Shown piece after piece: positions 9,787 through 19,603 of a stretch of 52,669 nt of DNA (the first letter of the stretch is position 1; every line of letters starts with the position of its first letter). Where the stretch lies: the NCBI GenBank assembly GCA_965649215.1, contig CBFGJZ010000008.1:1-52669 (forward strand), in the 5' to 3' direction. Both the position numbers and the translations under genes were made by a program. Source of the DNA: a candidate division WOR-3 bacterium (GTDB lineage Bacteria > Hydrothermota > Tepidihabitantia > Tepidihabitantales > CAIPLT01). The notes under the pieces are model-generated. The model saw only the letters and a program-made list of their open reading frames with translations. It made no database searches and had not been told where the DNA came from.

Positions 9787-10250
9787 CTTATCAAAGAAGC
9801 CACCAGATAGCCTAAAAAAAATGCAAAAGAAAAACCACCGGTGATACAGCAAGATAAAGTGATTTTAGTTTTTTGGGGTGCCTTATTAATTCGGGAAAGA
9901 GAAAAGAAAATTTCTGTTTTTTGATCGCTTAGAATTTTAACTTGCTTAGTGCCAGCTCCAACCTTTGCCAGATCTGCAAAACGATTAAACTTTGATTTGA
10001 GTGGTGAATTAGCAAGTTGCCAATATTTTGATTCGATCGTATCAGAAGGGAATATGCTAACTGAATATACTCCTGCTGTTATACGGTAATTTTCAATGGG
10101 GGTTATGCCGATCGAATCTCCTTCTAAATAAATAATAACTCCTAACGGATCAGAATTTACGGTTAAATAGCCACTTGGCGGGTTTTGGGAAAAGCCATTT
10201 GTTAATATCATAGCAAAGAAGATAAATAATAAAAATGAGATTTTTGTCAT
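9783..10250 (-). CDS. PEGA-domain exported/membrane protein
   Basis: Signal peptide, GYLTVNSDPLGVIIYLEGDSIGITP (PEGA) and a C-terminal hydrophobic segment. Confidence 0.75.
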   Translation of the reverse strand: MTKISFLLFIFFAMILTNGFSQNPPSGYLTVNSDPLGVIIYLEGDSIGITPIENYRITAGVYSVSIFPSDTIESKYWQLANSPLKSKFNRFADLAKVGAGTKQVKILSDQKTEIFFSLSRINKAPQKTKITLSCCITGGFSFAFFLGYLVASLIR

Positions 10251-10720
10251 AACACTCCCTTACAGTCAGTCCGACACCAAAAAGCAATTGGCACTGATAA
10301 TATGATTGTATCACGAATTAAGGGTTTGATATCAAAATAATCAGTGCTATGATACTCACGAATAAAGTCTTCTTCTTCAAGTTGGGCATTGAATTTGATT
10401 GGCCGTGAGATTTTAATATATTCTTGATATATTTTTTCTTTGAAATCGCGTTCAAAATTTTTTAGGCAATTGACACAACAAAGGTTTAATCTATATGAAA
10501 TAATGCCTGATAGAATAACGGTATCTTGATTTTTATTGAGTTCGCAATCAAGGATAATCGGACCAATGAAATTTAGATTTTCAATTTCTAAATCTTCTTT
10601 ATTAAGTTCTAAATTTAATTTTTGAATGCCGGTTTTTAGTTTTTGCCGATTGATTATTAACTTATTGGTTTCGTGTCTCCTGCTGGTATGAATGGCGATT
10701 TTATTTAATTGGTGGCGCAT
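10247..10720 (-). CDS. DUF177/YceD family protein
   Basis: LCCVNCL, FDIKPLIRDTIILSVP and CRTDCKG motifs. Confidence 0.8.
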   Translation of the reverse strand: MRHQLNKIAIHTSRRHETNKLIINRQKLKTGIQKLNLELNKEDLEIENLNFIGPIILDCELNKNQDTVILSGIISYRLNLCCVNCLKNFERDFKEKIYQEYIKISRPIKFNAQLEEEDFIREYHSTDYFDIKPLIRDTIILSVPIAFWCRTDCKGVL

Positions 10721-10725
10721 ATTGT

Positions 10726-11742
10726 TTAGCTTTTTAATGTCTCAAGCAGGCGATCGATGATATCATCGGCTTTAATGCCATCGGCTTCGGCATTAAAGTT
10801 TGTTACCAAACGATGGCGCAAAACGGTTTTACAGACCGCATTGACATCTTCACGGGTTGGCGTATAACGACCATCTAAAATTGCATGGGCTTTGGCTCCT
10901 AAAATCAAATATTGCGAAGCTCGTGGCCCGGCACCCCAATTAACCCAATCTTTAATAAACTTAATATCATTGTCATTAACAGGACGGGTGGCATTGACAA
11001 TTTTTACCGCATATTTTATAACATCATCAGCAACGGGCACTCGTCGAAGTAGTTTTTGTAATTCAATGATTTCTTGAGCGTTTAGCACTTTATTTAATTG
11101 TGGCAGATATGCAGAAGTGGTTGATTTAACGATTTCAAGTTCTTGATCAAAGGTAGGATAATCAACATAAATACTGAACATAAATCGGTCGAGTTGCGCT
11201 TCGGGTAGCGGATAAGTGCCTTCTTGTTCAATCGGATTTTGGGTTGCTAAAACAAAAAAGGGTTCGGGCAGAAGATGGGTTACTCCGGAAATTGTCACTT
11301 TATGTTCTTGCATAGCTTGGAGAAGAGCGGCTTGGGTTTTGGGAGGCGTACGGTTAATTTCATCGGCTAAAACAATATTCGTAAAAATTGGACCTTTGAT
11401 AAAGCGAAAACTTCTTTTTTTAGTCACCGTGTCTTCTTCAATGATTTCTGTTCCCGTAATATCTGACGGCATTAAATCAGGGGTAAATTGGATGCGATTG
11501 AAAGATAAATCAAGGACCGAGGCAAGAGTGTTTACAATTAATGTTTTAGCTAAACCAGGCACACCAATTAATAGACAATGACCGCCAGAAAGTAAACAGA
11601 TGAGAATATCTTCAATTACTTTATTTTGGCCAACGATGACTTTGCTTATTTCGTGCTCAATTTTTTTTCGCGCTTGAGCTAAAATAGTTACGGTTTGAAC
11701 ATCGTTTGATACACCCGCTTCATTTTTAAGGGGATTAATCAT
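10726..11742 (-). CDS. moxR: MoxR family AAA+ ATPase
   Basis: GVPGLAKT, RIQFTPDLMPSDITG, LADEINR and ATQNPIEQEGTYPLPEAQLDRF motifs. Confidence 0.95.
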   Translation of the reverse strand: MINPLKNEAGVSNDVQTVTILAQARKKIEHEISKVIVGQNKVIEDILICLLSGGHCLLIGVPGLAKTLIVNTLASVLDLSFNRIQFTPDLMPSDITGTEIIEEDTVTKKRSFRFIKGPIFTNIVLADEINRTPPKTQAALLQAMQEHKVTISGVTHLLPEPFFVLATQNPIEQEGTYPLPEAQLDRFMFSIYVDYPTFDQELEIVKSTTSAYLPQLNKVLNAQEIIELQKLLRRVPVADDVIKYAVKIVNATRPVNDNDIKFIKDWVNWGAGPRASQYLILGAKAHAILDGRYTPTREDVNAVCKTVLRHRLVTNFNAEADGIKADDIIDRLLETLKS

Positions 11743-11786
11743 TTATTATCCTTATATTTTTAATTATTTAAAACACAGAACTCAAT

Positions 11787-12464
11787 TTATTCTAAATAAA
11801 CTTTTTCCATAACGACAGGTACTATCGGCTTATTATTGCCGGGCGTGGTTTTAACTAAAGCAATTTTATCAACAACATCCATTCCTTCAACGACCATTCC
11901 AAATATTGTATAATTTCCATCAAGATGTGGTGCGGGAGCATGGCAGATATAAAATTGGCTGCCGCTCGATGCTTTAGTGGGATTAACCTGATCGCTGAGC
12001 CGAGCGGTTGCGACCGCGCCCCGGATATGTTTTAAATTCGCGTTGATTTCTGCCGGTATCGTATAACCAGGGCCACCGGTACCATCGCCTTTAGGATCGC
12101 CGCCTTGAATTACGAAGCCCGGAATCACGCGATGAAAAGTTAAGCCATTGTAAAAGCCTTGATTTACCAACTTAATAAAATTCTCCGTGGTTTTAGGTGC
12201 TTCTTTTGTATAGAGTTTGATTTTGATTTTTCCTAAGTATTCATCTGCGGATTTTACTGAAATCACAACATATTTTTCGGCTTGGTTCGGTGTTTCGGTT
12301 TTTTCTGTTAGCATAGCGCTTGTCTCGGCTTTGTCGGGGATTGTTTGTTGCGGAGTTGTTTGTGTTTGTCGGAGTTGTTGGGGAGATGTTTTCTTTCCGC
12401 CACAACTAATGTATAAAAGAACAAAGATAAATATGAAAATTAAAGAGCGATATTGTTTGGTCAT
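11787..12464 (-). CDS. Cyclophilin-type peptidyl-prolyl cis-trans isomerase, lipoprotein
   Basis: Lipobox [32 protein letters not shown] and [18 protein letters not shown] present. Confidence 0.95.
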   Translation of the reverse strand: MTKQYRSLIFIFIFVLLYISCGGKKTSPQQLRQTQTTPQQTIPDKAETSAMLTEKTETPNQAEKYVVISVKSADEYLGKIKIKLYTKEAPKTTENFIKLVNQGFYNGLTFHRVIPGFVIQGGDPKGDGTGGPGYTIPAEINANLKHIRGAVATARLSDQVNPTKASSGSQFYICHAPAPHLDGNYTIFGMVVEGMDVVDKIALVKTTPGNNKPIVPVVMEKVYLE

Positions 12465-12476
12465 ATTTTATCTCCT

Positions 12477-14510
12477 TTATTGTTTTTTTACAATTTTTTG
12501 TCTGATTGTTTTTTGCTGCCACTCAATGCCAATAAAGTAGACACCTGCGGTTAGTTTACTGATATCTAATATCCAGTTGCCAAGATTAGTATTTTCTATA
12601 TTTTTAAATTCATTTATTTTTTTGCCCGTAATGTCATATATTTTTATGATTGGGTTATGTTTTTCAGTATTTGGGATGTGATATTTAATGTTAATGTGCG
12701 AGCGAGCAGGGTTAGGATAAATCAACATATCTGTTATTGTTAAGTTGTGATATCTTATATCTGGTTCTAATATTGATGAAATGCTTTGCCGGTAAACTAT
12801 CGCATCTAAATCAAATCCGGCATAAGGGTCAGTGCTCGGACTGCCACTTGCATCAATGATCCGGAGATAACGAGCGCTATCCATATTAACAGTTGCTAAA
12901 TCAAAACTGGCCGTGCCGGAAGTAGTAGGGTAAGAAAACCAGGTAGCACGCCAGTCATTGCTTAATGCAACTGTATAATTTTCAGGTGTGAGGTCGCCTT
13001 CAATTATCGTGAAATCGGCACCCGGATAGTTTCGAATCGGAGGGTCGGCTTCGAAAACAATCGTTCCGTTGACACCTAATGAATAATAAGTTAAATCGCT
13101 CGCCCCAAGGGCATCCATTGTATAAGTTAAATTGACATAATTACCCGTGCTATTGTCTCGTCTCACCCAAACTATTTTTTGAATATAATAATTGAGCGTA
13201 GTATCCGGTATTAGTTCAGCAATAATGTTAACTGCGCCCGTATCAGGCACCGTGACTGAAAATGTTTTCGGCTGATAACCATTTGCCGAGACAGTTAAAG
13301 TATAATTGCCCGGCGCGACCATTTTGTGAAAATCACCCACAGTTTTATCGGTATAACAAGGCCAGCGTTTGGGATTGGTAAATTGAATCATTGCCAATAA
13401 CGGTGATTGCGTGAGCGAATCGCGGACTTGTCCAGAAATACCCCAACCCGCCCGGGTTATCATTTTCATTAAAGCACGACGATTAGCTACGCAGATACTG
13501 TCTACTTTGGCTTGAGTGGTTGGATATTGGGTTTCAATGGTCGTCCCGATACCGCCCCAAATACCAAAGCAGGCATCTTGGGCTGAACCACGCGCAACAT
13601 ACCAGTCAAATCCATTAATTTTTTGTAATTGCGTGGTTGGGGAACCGTAAGTTGAATCAGCGTATTCTTGTGATATTAAAGCGATATATTGAGAATCGGG
13701 CGGATCTTTGGGATGATGGTCCCAAAGATAATTAACATACGAATCAGTAGAGTGATATTCGTATTCAAGGGTGATATTGTTTTCATTGGAATGTCTTTGC
13801 ATATGTCTTGTTTCCGGTTGTGACCAAGGTGCTGATGTGCCACTCTGCCACATATAACCATAATCACGATTCAAGTCCGCGCCGGCACCATTATAACGGC
13901 TGTTTGCGACATGGCCATCGGGATTAAAGATCGGAATAATCCAAATTTCACGATTATTAACTAAATCAGCCACCTGCGCATTAAAGTCGTAATTTTCTAA
14001 TAAGTATTTAAGAAATGATAATGTTACTTCAGTAGATATTTTTTCATTGCCATGATGAGCGCCAACTAATCGAATTTCAGGTTCGGCTTCTTCAAGCGAG
14101 GGATTGTCGGTAACCTTGATTGCTAAAATAACGCGATTCGAATAGGAAAAACCAAGTGTTTCTAACTTAGTAATGGTCGGATATTGTTGACTTAATGCAA
14201 TCATTGTGCTACAAACCTCGGCATAAGTATGAATGACTTGAGGTAAATCGGGATAGAGTTTGCTATAATCTTCTGCTAAGACGGTTACCGTAAAGCCTGC
14301 TTTTGTAATTTTTTTAATCAAATCATCAGCGGCTAAAGCGTCAACATATTTGTCCGTAGCGTTTAGGATGGTAAGATTAAATCTATCGTGTAAAGAATAT
14401 ACGATTTCATGATAAGGAATATCAATTCGAATTAAGCGTTGAGGAGTGGCTGCCGCGGCGATCGTGGCAAGATAGATAATTATAAATAAGGAAAGACCAA
14501 AATTTTTCAT
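12477..14510 (-). CDS. Secreted M14 zinc carboxypeptidase with a T9SS-type C-terminal sorting domain
   Basis: Signal peptide; HHGNE, NPDG, DLNRD, YHS and catalytic TIE motifs; carboxypeptidase regulatory-like domain; C-terminal IYPNP...IYDITG...GVYF. Confidence 0.9.
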   Translation of the reverse strand: MKNFGLSLFIIIYLATIAAAATPQRLIRIDIPYHEIVYSLHDRFNLTILNATDKYVDALAADDLIKKITKAGFTVTVLAEDYSKLYPDLPQVIHTYAEVCSTMIALSQQYPTITKLETLGFSYSNRVILAIKVTDNPSLEEAEPEIRLVGAHHGNEKISTEVTLSFLKYLLENYDFNAQVADLVNNREIWIIPIFNPDGHVANSRYNGAGADLNRDYGYMWQSGTSAPWSQPETRHMQRHSNENNITLEYEYHSTDSYVNYLWDHHPKDPPDSQYIALISQEYADSTYGSPTTQLQKINGFDWYVARGSAQDACFGIWGGIGTTIETQYPTTQAKVDSICVANRRALMKMITRAGWGISGQVRDSLTQSPLLAMIQFTNPKRWPCYTDKTVGDFHKMVAPGNYTLTVSANGYQPKTFSVTVPDTGAVNIIAELIPDTTLNYYIQKIVWVRRDNSTGNYVNLTYTMDALGASDLTYYSLGVNGTIVFEADPPIRNYPGADFTIIEGDLTPENYTVALSNDWRATWFSYPTTSGTASFDLATVNMDSARYLRIIDASGSPSTDPYAGFDLDAIVYRQSISSILEPDIRYHNLTITDMLIYPNPARSHINIKYHIPNTEKHNPIIKIYDITGKKINEFKNIENTNLGNWILDISKLTAGVYFIGIEWQQKTIRQKIVKKQ

Positions 14511-14519
14511 AAGATATAT

Positions 14520-14547
14520 ATTATAAATTACAAAATCATAAAGTCAA
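14520..14547 (-). promoter_or_regulatory. sigma70 promoter for the M14 peptidase operon
   Basis: TTGACT-N16-TATAAT on the minus strand, 9 nt before ATG 14510, with no SD. Confidence 0.7.
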
Positions 14548-14731
14548 TTAGATTATAGTTTGGTTATTCGGTTGTAGATTCTAAATAATTTGTAATTTAT
14601 TGCGCGGCTTATAAATTGTCCCATCAAGAGATTGAAATCTTAACCTTTATAATTATGAAAACGAATGCGGCAAAGGGATTCTTTTATTTTGCTGCGGATG
14701 ACGGGCGACGGTGGGTTTTTTAAAGCATTGG

Positions 14732-15319
14732 CTATTTTTTTCCGCTTCGTCCTGGTGACTGTAAAGGAATATTATTTTTACAGAGCGGACAATCTAATGG
14801 TTCATAATTCTGAATTGATACTTTATAACAACTAAACAAATCAATTTTTTTATCGTTTTGTTTGAATTCAATGGCATTGGCACTGCGATCAATAAAAACG
14901 GCAACGCCGGCAATCTCGGCAGAAAAATTTTGTAGGGCGTGGATGGTTTCTTGAAGCGAACCCCCGGTTGTTAAAATATCATCCACTACTAAAATACGAG
15001 CATAAGGGGGAATAATAAAACCGCGGCGAATAACTCGTCCGCTTTGATTCGCGATAGTTTCCGCAAAGATGCATTTGGTCTTCATTTGGCGAGCAACTTC
15101 ATAAGCAATGATAATTCCACCTGTCGTGGGCCCACAAACAATATTGATATTGTAATTTTGAAAATGCTGAACAATTTGGCGAGCAAACATTTCTACCAAG
15201 TTAGGGTTTTCTAAAATGCGAAATTTTTCAAAATATTTATCGCTATGCAGACCCGATGTTAATAGAAAATGACCGGTTTGTAATACTTGATAATCAATTA
15301 ATATTTGTTCAATATTCAT
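14732..15319 (-). CDS. pyrE: Orotate phosphoribosyltransferase
   Basis: GHFLLTSGLHS and VVDDILTTGGS (PRPP-binding loop). Start moved to ATG 15319, just after the pyrF stop. Confidence 0.95.
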   Translation of the reverse strand: MNIEQILIDYQVLQTGHFLLTSGLHSDKYFEKFRILENPNLVEMFARQIVQHFQNYNINIVCGPTTGGIIIAYEVARQMKTKCIFAETIANQSGRVIRRGFIIPPYARILVVDDILTTGGSLQETIHALQNFSAEIAGVAVFIDRSANAIEFKQNDKKIDLFSCYKVSIQNYEPLDCPLCKNNIPLQSPGRSGKK

Positions 15320-15323
15320 ATTA

Positions 15324-16112
15324 TTACCTTTCTTGATTTTGCCAACCCTTTTTGATTTCGGTTTGGATTTGTTCAATAACTGAAATCGGATCTTCTGCCC
15401 TTAAAATGGGACGACCAACCACAATATAATCAGCCCCAAAGCGAGCGGCTTGTTCGGCAGAGGCGGCGCGTTTTTGGTCTTCGATAAGTAATTTCGTGCG
15501 TTCTTCATCTGCTTGCAGGGGTTTTTTGTCGAGGTCGGTTTTAGGAGAACTTAAACGAATGCCGGGCACGATGGTTAAGAAATCGGGGCCACATTCTTTT
15601 TTAATCATTTTTATTTCATGGGCAGAACAAACCACACCATCAATGCCGGCTTTTTTGGCTAACGAGGCTAAGCGAAGGATATGAGATGAGAGTTCCATGT
15701 TTTTAGTGTTCCATAAATTACTAAAATCTAGTTCGGAAATACTGGTCAAAATTGTGACCCCAATAATCAAAGGACGTTTTTTTATATGTTTTTTTTCGCA
15801 GTATTCGAGCAGGTGTTCCCGGCATAATTTCATCATTTCATAACCGCCCATCGTATGAATCGTAAACATTTTTACTTTTGCTTTCGCAATTGTTTCTGCG
15901 GTCCGCGAGACGACGGTGGGAATATCGCAAAGTTTTAAATCTAAAAAAATCTCTTCGCCGGCTTTGATGAATTGATTAACAAGACGCATTCCGGAATGAA
16001 CAAATAAATCAATGCCAATTTTATAAACATCAACCCAACCCTTGGTTTTGGCATAGATTTTTTTAGCTTTTTGAGCCGTGTCGCATTGCAAAGCACAAAC
16101 TAATTGCGTCAT
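15324..16112 (-). CDS. pyrF: Orotidine-5'-phosphate decarboxylase
   Basis: FLDLKLCDIPTV, GVTILTS, VPGIR, DQKR and VVGRPI motifs. Confidence 0.95.
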   Translation of the reverse strand: MTQLVCALQCDTAQKAKKIYAKTKGWVDVYKIGIDLFVHSGMRLVNQFIKAGEEIFLDLKLCDIPTVVSRTAETIAKAKVKMFTIHTMGGYEMMKLCREHLLEYCEKKHIKKRPLIIGVTILTSISELDFSNLWNTKNMELSSHILRLASLAKKAGIDGVVCSAHEIKMIKKECGPDFLTIVPGIRLSSPKTDLDKKPLQADEERTKLLIEDQKRAASAEQAARFGADYIVVGRPILRAEDPISVIEQIQTEIKKGWQNQER

Positions 16113-16197
16113 ACAATGCCTCCCTTTATTAAAATAAATTAGCAGATTAATACTTTTATTTGCTGCTTAAAGGAAAGGTCAGGACAAGATATCGTAA

Positions 16198-17034
16198 TCA
16201 TTTAAGATTTTTTAAAATATCAAGACCGATATAAGGATTGCGTAAATTGGCAGAACCGATTTCCACTAATTGTGCCCCGGCCAACAAGAATTCTTGGACA
16301 TCCGACGCATTAGTTATTCCGCCACAGCCCACAATCGGCACTTTAAGATATTGACTAAGACGCCAAACACAATAAAGCGCAAATGGTTTTATAGCCGGGC
16401 CACTAAGTCCACCGGTGATTGCACCGAGCATCGGCTGACGAGTTTTTAGATTGAAAGCAATTCCGTAGAGCGTGTTGATCAGCGAAATCGCATCACTGCC
16501 CGCTTCAACAGCCGCCTTGCCAGTAAGCAAAGGGTCAATAAAATTAGCAGTCAATTTGGTGATTATCGGTTTCCTGGTTTTTTTTCTAACTGCTTTAACA
16601 ACTTGATAGGTTGTTTTCGGATTCTGACCAATCATACTTTTTCTTTTCGTGTCTTTTAGATTTGGACACGAGATGTTAATTTCGATAGCAGCAACACTGG
16701 TATTGTCTAAAATCTCAGCAATTGTAGCGTATTCGGATATGGTATTGCCCGCAATATTGACAATCAGATTTGTTTTGAGATATTGTAATTTGGGCAGAAT
16801 CTCTTTAACAAACATTTGAATGCCGGGATTTTCTAATCCGACCGCATTAAGGATGCCCGCAGGAGTTTCGCATATTCTTGGCATTGGATTACCAAGCCGC
16901 GGTTGTAAAGTAATTCCTTTGGTAACGAGACCACCCATTTTATTTGCAACTTGAGTGAATTTATCACCAAACCCAAAAGTGCCGGATGCTAAAATTAACG
17001 GATTTTTAAAGGCCAGATTTTTTATCTTAATCAT
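16198..17034 (-). CDS. pyrD: Dihydroorotate dehydrogenase family 1B, catalytic subunit
   Basis: NPLILASGTFG, NAVGLENPG, EINISCPN, LINT and GGLSGPAIKP motifs. Confidence 0.95.
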   Translation of the reverse strand: MIKIKNLAFKNPLILASGTFGFGDKFTQVANKMGGLVTKGITLQPRLGNPMPRICETPAGILNAVGLENPGIQMFVKEILPKLQYLKTNLIVNIAGNTISEYATIAEILDNTSVAAIEINISCPNLKDTKRKSMIGQNPKTTYQVVKAVRKKTRKPIITKLTANFIDPLLTGKAAVEAGSDAISLINTLYGIAFNLKTRQPMLGAITGGLSGPAIKPFALYCVWRLSQYLKVPIVGCGGITNASDVQEFLLAGAQLVEIGSANLRNPYIGLDILKNLK

Positions 17035-17137
17035 AAGTTTATGTTTATATCTTCATACCATTTAGGAATTAAGTAGTAAAATGAAACGAAACCAGTTTGG
17101 GATGTGATTTTAGTTATCCTGTTGTTAATGTTTGCTT

Positions 17138-17899
17138 TCATAGTTCTATTTTTGATAAATCAAATGCCGGCCCATCTTGGCAAACCCTTAAATAGTGATT
17201 GTTTTTTCCCTTAACACCACAGCAAAAACAGATGCCGCAACCACAACCCATATGTTCTTCTAAAAATCCGATTTTTTGTAAATTAGAGCTTGGCAACTTC
17301 ATAGCCGCAACTTTTTTAACTAATGTCATGGGACCAGCAACATAAAGATATTGAGTTTGAGGGTCAAGGTCATTAAACAATAATTCAGTAATTAATCCTT
17401 TTCTACCGAAAGAACCATCTTCAGTAGTAATAAAGGTTTTTATCCCTAAGGATTTAAATTCTTTTTGAAAGATGAGTTCCGAGGCGGTTTTGACACCATA
17501 ATATAAAGTAAGTTGATTGTTTACAGATAATTTTTTAGCTAAGAAATGTAAGGGAGCAATGCCCATGCCACCCGCACATAAATTAATTACTTTATTTTTC
17601 GGTAGTTTTAAGGATTTACCCAACGGACCGAAAATACTTATTTTTTCGTTTTTTGCTTTACGACTTAATAGTTCAGTACCAAAGCCCACTACTTTATAAA
17701 TGATATTGATGCTATTGGGTTGAGTATCGGCAATTGAGAAAGGTCGCGCTAAAAAGGGGTGATTGTGATTGTTTATTGTTAGCATGAGAAATTGACCCGC
17801 TTTTATTTTTTTCGCAATATCCTTTGCCTCTAACCATATAGAGTAAATGTGTGGTGCAATCGCTGTGTTTTTGATAATTCTAACTTCTTGGTATTGCAT
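17138..17899 (-). CDS. pyrK: Dihydroorotate dehydrogenase electron transfer subunit
   Basis: AGQF, RPFSI, GPLG, GGMGIAP and the [2Fe-2S] motif EEHMGCGCGICFCC...VCQDGP. Confidence 0.93.
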   Translation of the reverse strand: MQYQEVRIIKNTAIAPHIYSIWLEAKDIAKKIKAGQFLMLTINNHNHPFLARPFSIADTQPNSINIIYKVVGFGTELLSRKAKNEKISIFGPLGKSLKLPKNKVINLCAGGMGIAPLHFLAKKLSVNNQLTLYYGVKTASELIFQKEFKSLGIKTFITTEDGSFGRKGLITELLFNDLDPQTQYLYVAGPMTLVKKVAAMKLPSSNLQKIGFLEEHMGCGCGICFCCGVKGKNNHYLRVCQDGPAFDLSKIEL

Positions 17900-17910
17900 A
17901 CATCGTCAGC

Positions 17911-19521
17911 TTATTGATTTTTATTTTCTTTTTGAATTTGCTTGAGCATTTGCTGAGCCATTTGCGCATACGAGGTTTGAGGATAGTTAGTGATGATTTT
18001 GTTTAAAACTTGTTGGCGTTTGCTATGAAGAGGGTGCTGGGGGTTGTCCGCATTGAAGATTTTATCGTAGAGCCACGCTTGCGCCAACATTGCTTTTGGG
18101 GCATAAATGCTTCGGGGATATTTTAGATAGACTTTTTCGTATTCCTCAAGAGCTCTTTCATATTGTTTTAGATTGAGATTATATATTTCGGCTAAATGAA
18201 AATAGAATGCCGCGGAATCTATTTGCATAACTGTGTCTTTATTAGTTATTTGAAAATTGGGGTCAGGTTTCGGGATGGTCTCTTTTTGTATCTTTCTTAT
18301 TGAATCTGAGTAAATTTCTTTCGGAATATGCGATTGGAGTTCTGGATTGGTATCATTGAATAGTTCGATTTCTATTTTTTCTTCTTTATTTTCTTTTGAG
18401 AGTGGTTTTTGAATTGAGTCGTAATTAATGTTTGTGGGTGAGCGATTTGAATTCTGAATGACAATGAATTTTAGTAATTCAAGACGGCTTTGTGCTAAAA
18501 TATTAAGTTCGCCTTCGCTTTGTTTTTTGATAACCGAATCATAATATATCTGAGCACTATCAAATTTTTCTAAAACTTCGTAACTATTGCCTAAACGATA
18601 ATAGGCTTCAATTTGTTCCGGCATTGTTCTGACTAAACGAAACATGTCTTGGGCGCGAGTGATTAAGTTGTGCTGTAAAAGGAGATTACCTAAATCTAAG
18701 AAAATTTTACTGGCAGCTTTGGTTTTGGGGTCAAGAAAGGTATCTTTTTTTATAACTTCATCTATTAACTGTAATCCTTTGTCAGTTTGATTTGATTTAA
18801 GGTAACACTCAGCAATATGCAAATTGATTTGCCGATAAAGAAAAGAAGTATCGGTATAATTTTTTGTTTGTTTTAAGGTTTTGTTAAGAATGGTTTGAAA
18901 AGTTATAATGGCAGCGTTGTAGTCCGTTAAAGCTTTTTGAACATTACCTAACATAAGCAGCGCATTTTGGGCGTGGGCAGATTTAGGATAGTCGTTAATA
19001 AATTTTTGTAAAACATCAAGGGCTTGGTTGTATTCAGCCCGATGATAATATAATTCCGCGGTTTTTAAGAGGATTTGTTCTTGCAACGGTTTTGGGGTCT
19101 TACTTTTTTCAATGGTTTGTAATCTTTCTTGGGCATCATTATAATTCTGGGTTTCAATGAGCGACGCGGCCCAATAGAAATTGGCTTCGGCAAATCGATG
19201 ATAAGAAGGAAAGACCAAGGCAAGATTTTCAAACTTGGCAATTGCTTTGGTGTATTCGCCAAGATAATAGTTTGACATGCCGATAATAAACAAGGCATCG
19301 GCAACATATTTTGATTTTGGATAATTACTTATCACTAAAGCGGATTTTTCAATTGCCTTGTTAAAACTTGTTTTTGCTAAAGCCGGATTAGTGGGTAATC
19401 GATTTAACCCTTCCTGATAATATTTTTTCGCATTATAAAGAGTATTATAATAAGCACAATTTGATAAGAATGTTATGAGCACAATAACGAGCGCTAATGC
19501 TTTTAAACCGACTTTCTGCAC
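17911..19521 (-). CDS. Tetratricopeptide-repeat lipoprotein
   Basis: Probable GTG start at 19521 with a lipobox LSNC, then CAYYNTLYNAK and multiple TPR-like helices (YPKS motifs). The ORF track starts it at 19566. Confidence 0.8.
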   Translation of the reverse strand: MQKVGLKALALVIVLITFLSNCAYYNTLYNAKKYYQEGLNRLPTNPALAKTSFNKAIEKSALVISNYPKSKYVADALFIIGMSNYYLGEYTKAIAKFENLALVFPSYHRFAEANFYWAASLIETQNYNDAQERLQTIEKSKTPKPLQEQILLKTAELYYHRAEYNQALDVLQKFINDYPKSAHAQNALLMLGNVQKALTDYNAAIITFQTILNKTLKQTKNYTDTSFLYRQINLHIAECYLKSNQTDKGLQLIDEVIKKDTFLDPKTKAASKIFLDLGNLLLQHNLITRAQDMFRLVRTMPEQIEAYYRLGNSYEVLEKFDSAQIYYDSVIKKQSEGELNILAQSRLELLKFIVIQNSNRSPTNINYDSIQKPLSKENKEEKIEIELFNDTNPELQSHIPKEIYSDSIRKIQKETIPKPDPNFQITNKDTVMQIDSAAFYFHLAEIYNLNLKQYERALEEYEKVYLKYPRSIYAPKAMLAQAWLYDKIFNADNPQHPLHSKRQQVLNKIITNYPQTSYAQMAQQMLKQIQKENKNQ

Positions 19522-19603
19522 ATCAAATGATAATAGAGTTTTTATGATAATGTCAATAACAATCAATCACTAATTTATTGACCGATAATTAACTCCTTAA
19601 GTC

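Noticed and set aside
14660-14700. Hairpin GCGGCAAA/TTTGCTGC downstream of pyrE as an ncRNA or terminator
   Set aside because: Short imperfect stem with no clear U-tract. Insufficient support.
17190-17260. Extra cysteines in the PyrK [2Fe-2S] motif (CGCGICFCC)
   Set aside because: The canonical Cx4Cx2C...C ligands are present, so the extra Cys are probably neutral variation.
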